From: Takakia lepidozioides
Lineage: Eukaryota > Plantae > Bryophyta
Assembly: GCA_030704615.1 (NCBI GenBank)
Contig: CM060733.1
Coordinates: 44,330,001-44,394,000 of the forward strand
DNA: 64,000 nucleotides
Direction of reading: 5' to 3'
The notes beneath the pieces are model-generated. The model searched no databases. It was not told the origin of the DNA and was given only the letters and a program-made list of their open reading frames with translations. Below, piece after piece: positions 60,201 to 64,000 of this stretch; positions within the stretch are counted from its first letter, which is position 1, and each line of letters begins with the position of its first letter. Position numbers and translations under genes: made by a program.

Positions 60201-63200
60201 CAGAGAGAGGAGGATGGTTGGTTAGAGCGAGCTAACTATAGCTTGGATAAGGTTGTGGCAGTTTCTGAATAAGATTACCTCTAAACCTTACCATCATGCC
60301 AGATGAGGCACTTTAAGAGAGTCTGGCAGTTGTAGCATAGATCAAATTAAATCTTGCTTGGTCGACCTCTATTCTTTCCTTCCTCTCTTTACTATTTTCA
60401 TTACTTGTACTTGTAGTTGCCAAAGCCTCTTTTGGTGGAGGCCGTCAGTCCGGGTTTTTTGGGCTGGGATATTCTGCAGGAGCAGCACGGTGGAGGGATT
60501 TGGTGTGGGGGTGTTTGATGTTTTGGTTTCGGTGTTTGGATCCCCTTCCACACCTGCATGCTTGACTGTGCCCATGTTTGGTTTTGTGTTGGCACTTGCT
60601 TCATAGGGATTAGGCCGGATTTGCTCACCGGTCAATCCTAGCGTATGCTGTCGGGGTGAGGCTTGAGTGGTGACCAGTAGACCACCAGTGTTCCTTCTAT
60701 GGTGAGCTGGGTTTGATGACCAGCCAACCATAGGAGTTCTTGCGGTGGATGCGGTGCAGGTGCCCTTAGCCAGTGGGATATGACCCTTAATCGCAACAGG
60801 TGCTCACCCTGTCAACTATTAGAATTAGTACTAGAGCCTTATAGTGTCACATGCGGGAGGTGCGGGTTGTGAGTGTCATCACGGATTTCCCAAGGTTTTG
60901 AGGGGAGTACGGCTACAGGCATTAGCAGTGAGAGTGGGTTCACCAGACGGAGGTTGTCGTTTCAGACCACCTTCACCTCCATCCCTCATTAGTGCAGAGT
61001 CCAGACACAGACTCGGAGGCTTCATCAACAATTGTGGCAGTTTCATTCCCGCCATTGTTGTGGGACGACATGGAGGAGATGTATGGAGCTAACCAAGGGG
61101 CCTCGTAGGTATCTGGAGCTAGGGCACGATCGCTGGATGACTTTATCCAAGAGTTTGACAGCTGGTGTGATTTGCAGCAGATGCGCAATCCACAGCTGTT
61201 CACCACCCCATTCATGGCGTGGAAGGGACTGTTCCAGCATTTGGAAGGCCCGCCTATGGACGATTACCACGAGTTCAGGCGAGGACATGAAGCAGAGATT
61301 GAGGAGTGAAGGATGTATTGGTCCCTGACTACGTCTCCATTACTCGAGGCACACGCGACCAGTAGCTGCATCAGCACCAATATCTCCCACTGCAGCACTA
61401 GTAGTGGAACAAGTAGTGCCGTACTTTTGCAGGTGGTACCATCAAAAGGTGCCTACTACTTCTCCTGCCACGACTACAACACATGTGCCTAGATTCAACC
61501 CGGTGGTGGAGTTTCTTCCAGGAGTTGCGGACGAACTACCAAGGCGTACGGATAGAGAAGCTGCGAAGTTTGCAAGACTTCCAGCGCAAATCCAGTGAGA
61601 GCTTGCAAGAGGCCTACACTCGTATGAGGCGCTTGATAAGTGTGACCCAAGGGATTACTGAAGCTCAGACAATCCAGTTCTGGTATGGAATTTTGGACAA
61701 GGAGCTCAGGAGAAGGGTGCGGGATGCAACCCTGTTACAAGCAGCCCAACCCACATTAGCAGATATGTTATGCTGGCTGAGCGATTGACCTCAACATGGT
61801 GGAGGAGCGAGTTGTTACCATTGGATTTGGCAAGGACATGCCTGCACGGGCACAGTTGCCAGCCAACAGGCACAAGGGACTGCCCTCATACGTGGTCAGG
61901 GGGGCAAGGTTCCCAACCCAAATTCCATAGAGCTTGCAGGGGAACCTCAGGTGCATGAGGCCAGTAGCATCTTTTTGCAAGCCAACAACAACCAGGGGTG
62001 ATATGTTTTGGACATGTGGAGGACCCCATGTCAAGAAAGATTGCCCAGAGAGTGGCAAAAGGGCCGGCACAAGCACAGCCTGCACAGTTGCAGTGTGGGC
62101 ATTGTGGCAAGTATGGGCATGGAGATGCCCAGTGTTATGACTTGCACCCTGAGTTGCGGCAAGGCCAGTTCCAAGGGAACAATGGTGGCCGAGGGCAAGC
62201 TGGAGCACCTCAGAGAGGACGAGATGGTCAGGCACGAGGTGTAAGATGAGGGCAAGCATGGTATGGCTAAGGATGTGGAGGTCAAGGCGTTGACCAAGGC
62301 ATGGCCAACCGGCTTCAGCAACTAGAGCAAAGGCTTGCTGCCATGGCCACAGCTCAGGTGGTACCAGCTCCAGACCTGAGGGTCCACCTCATGTTCCTCC
62401 TCATCAGCGTCATCCCTGACGGAGGAGACATGGGAGGCATGGGATTTATGTGTGGGGCAGCACTACCACTAGTGCAGGTGGAGTCTGCTGCCGTCACTCA
62501 AGGAGCAGCACGATTTCCTGAGCCACGAGGTGCAGAGGTGGAGTTAGATCCATAGCGTGGGGAGGCAAGCCGTCAGGCTAGGTTGCCTTAATCATTCATC
62601 TTGGGGGAGACAGTGTCGACGACATCCATGGCACCTAGTTCTCGTCCGACCGATACAGAGGCCATTATTGTGCCATTTGGAAGAGCTACACCGTGCAGCA
62701 CTGACACCTGCTGCCAAGGCTAGTGCAGCCATGTGTTGTTGGGGGCAAGCCACCCTCTGTGTGTCAAGCCGCACTGTTCTCTGCAACCATGATTGCGACG
62801 CCGGGGGTAAGACCAGCTGTAGTTTTCAGACTAGCAGCAACACTCTACGAGGGTGGGGATGTCACCTCATCTTCTGCGGAGTTAGTGGAGGGTGTAGTGG
62901 CAGATGGATCCTCCGATTTGAGGGTCAACACTGCCACGGCTGTGCCATGGCAAGCTACACTACAGCTGCCAGGGTGACGGAGCTTGCCAGCTAGGCCAGC
63001 CTTTGAGCGCGCCATGGTGACACCTGGAGTTTCTTGTTAGACAACCAGGAGGGCATTTTCTCTTTGAGTGGAACCGGCAGGCAAAGGTACCGGCCACTGC
63101 GGGTCTTGTTGGACTCGGGAGCTCAGCCACTGATGTTTGGGCAGAGCTGCTATTGCAGGTTTGGGCCTCATGGAGGCGGATATGGAGCCTTGTCATTTCC

Positions 63201-64000
63201 AGATATAGACATCTCTGGGAGGATCAGAGCAGGCTCCGGGCATGACACGACGTGAGTTGGTCATTAGACTACAGCCGGATTATCCTATCGATGGCTCAGT
63301 AATGCGAGCCAAGGCCATTGTGACAGATGCAGTCTCTTATGATGTCATCGTTGGTGGGGCAATGTGTATATCCCATGGGCTTCACCCTGGATTTTTGGGA
63401 GGAGTCAACATCCTACAGGCCTGGATGGTAGTCAGGGAATGGTTGTCGTGTACAACTCCCTGTGACATTCATTGGGGGTGTTGCTGCTGCCACGAGGCGA
63501 TGCCCCCTAGCAGCCTTTACAGCTGCAGTTAGTTGGCCTCGAGAGTTGCTGGAGGGCAATGCCCATCAGAGGATGTGCCACCTCCAGCAAAGCAAGATGA
63601 CATGCATGGTACGCGGAGTTGCCTGACATGGTTGCTCACACTCCATTGTGGGGTACGAACAAGGATTTGCAGCAGGCTGCTGATAGACGGGTGCAACAAG
63701 CCTGGGTAGAGGCCTTTGTACCGTCAGGAGAGGAGGAGAGTGCGGTGATTGCACCAGGACCACCTCAGTTGTCGCCATTGGACACCACACCTCTTGTGTG
63801 GCAGTGCCCGGATGAAGACATATGTCTTTTGGACTTGTTTGGCGGGATTAGCATTGGATTGGCTGCAGTGCTGCAGGCAGGTGTACGAGTTCGACGTTAC
63901 CTATATGTGGAGAGGGATGAGACTGCACGATGCGTCTCACTGCGCCATGTTGCTCAGTTGGTGCAGCAGTACTACTCTGTTTGTTGTCAGTGTCTGCAGT
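57257..64000 (+). mobile_element. Second, diverged member of the DNMT-Gypsy family (5' part; runs off the window end)
   Basis: B-type repeat at 57257-57606 (TGTCAAGTTA...CAATCA), PBS at 57607-57622, leader homology from ~60425, gag from ~60900 (NYQGVRIEKLRSLQDFQRK, two knuckles), protease VLLDSGA at ~63105, and DNMT motifs I-II (ICLLDLFGGISIG, YLYVERD) at ~63820-63920. Has stops and frameshifts. Confidence 0.9.

Overview
Eukaryotic nuclear DNA, most likely from an early-diverging land plant (bryophyte-, lycophyte- or fern-like). This is inferred from PLS-DYW PPR editing factors, an XRI1-like gene, an ICU11/CP2-like gene and GT-AG introns. Positions 1-10.7 kb hold an inverted cluster of PLS-PPR paralogues and fragments with Helitron-like ends, followed by a tRNA-derived SINE. 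Positions 11.5-38.7 kb hold four host genes: a TRF4-like poly(A) polymerase, an intact PLS-DYW PPR, an ICU11/CP2-like 2OG-Fe(II) oxygenase with a LINE in one intron, and an XRI1-like gene. Positions 45-64 kb hold two head-to-head members of an unusual Ty3/Gypsy family, which is the main finding. The complete copy (44971-56303, minus strand) encodes gag-protease-C5 DNA methyltransferase-RT-RNase H-integrase-PHD finger. It has a self-complementary (non-tRNA) primer-binding site supported by covariation between the two copies. Its terminal repeats are split (B-internal-A-B-A) around a palindromic GACA-GC-TGTC junction, an arrangement typical of tyrosine-recombinase retroelements rather than DDE-integrase LTR elements. 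All calls come from manual reading; no database searches were run.
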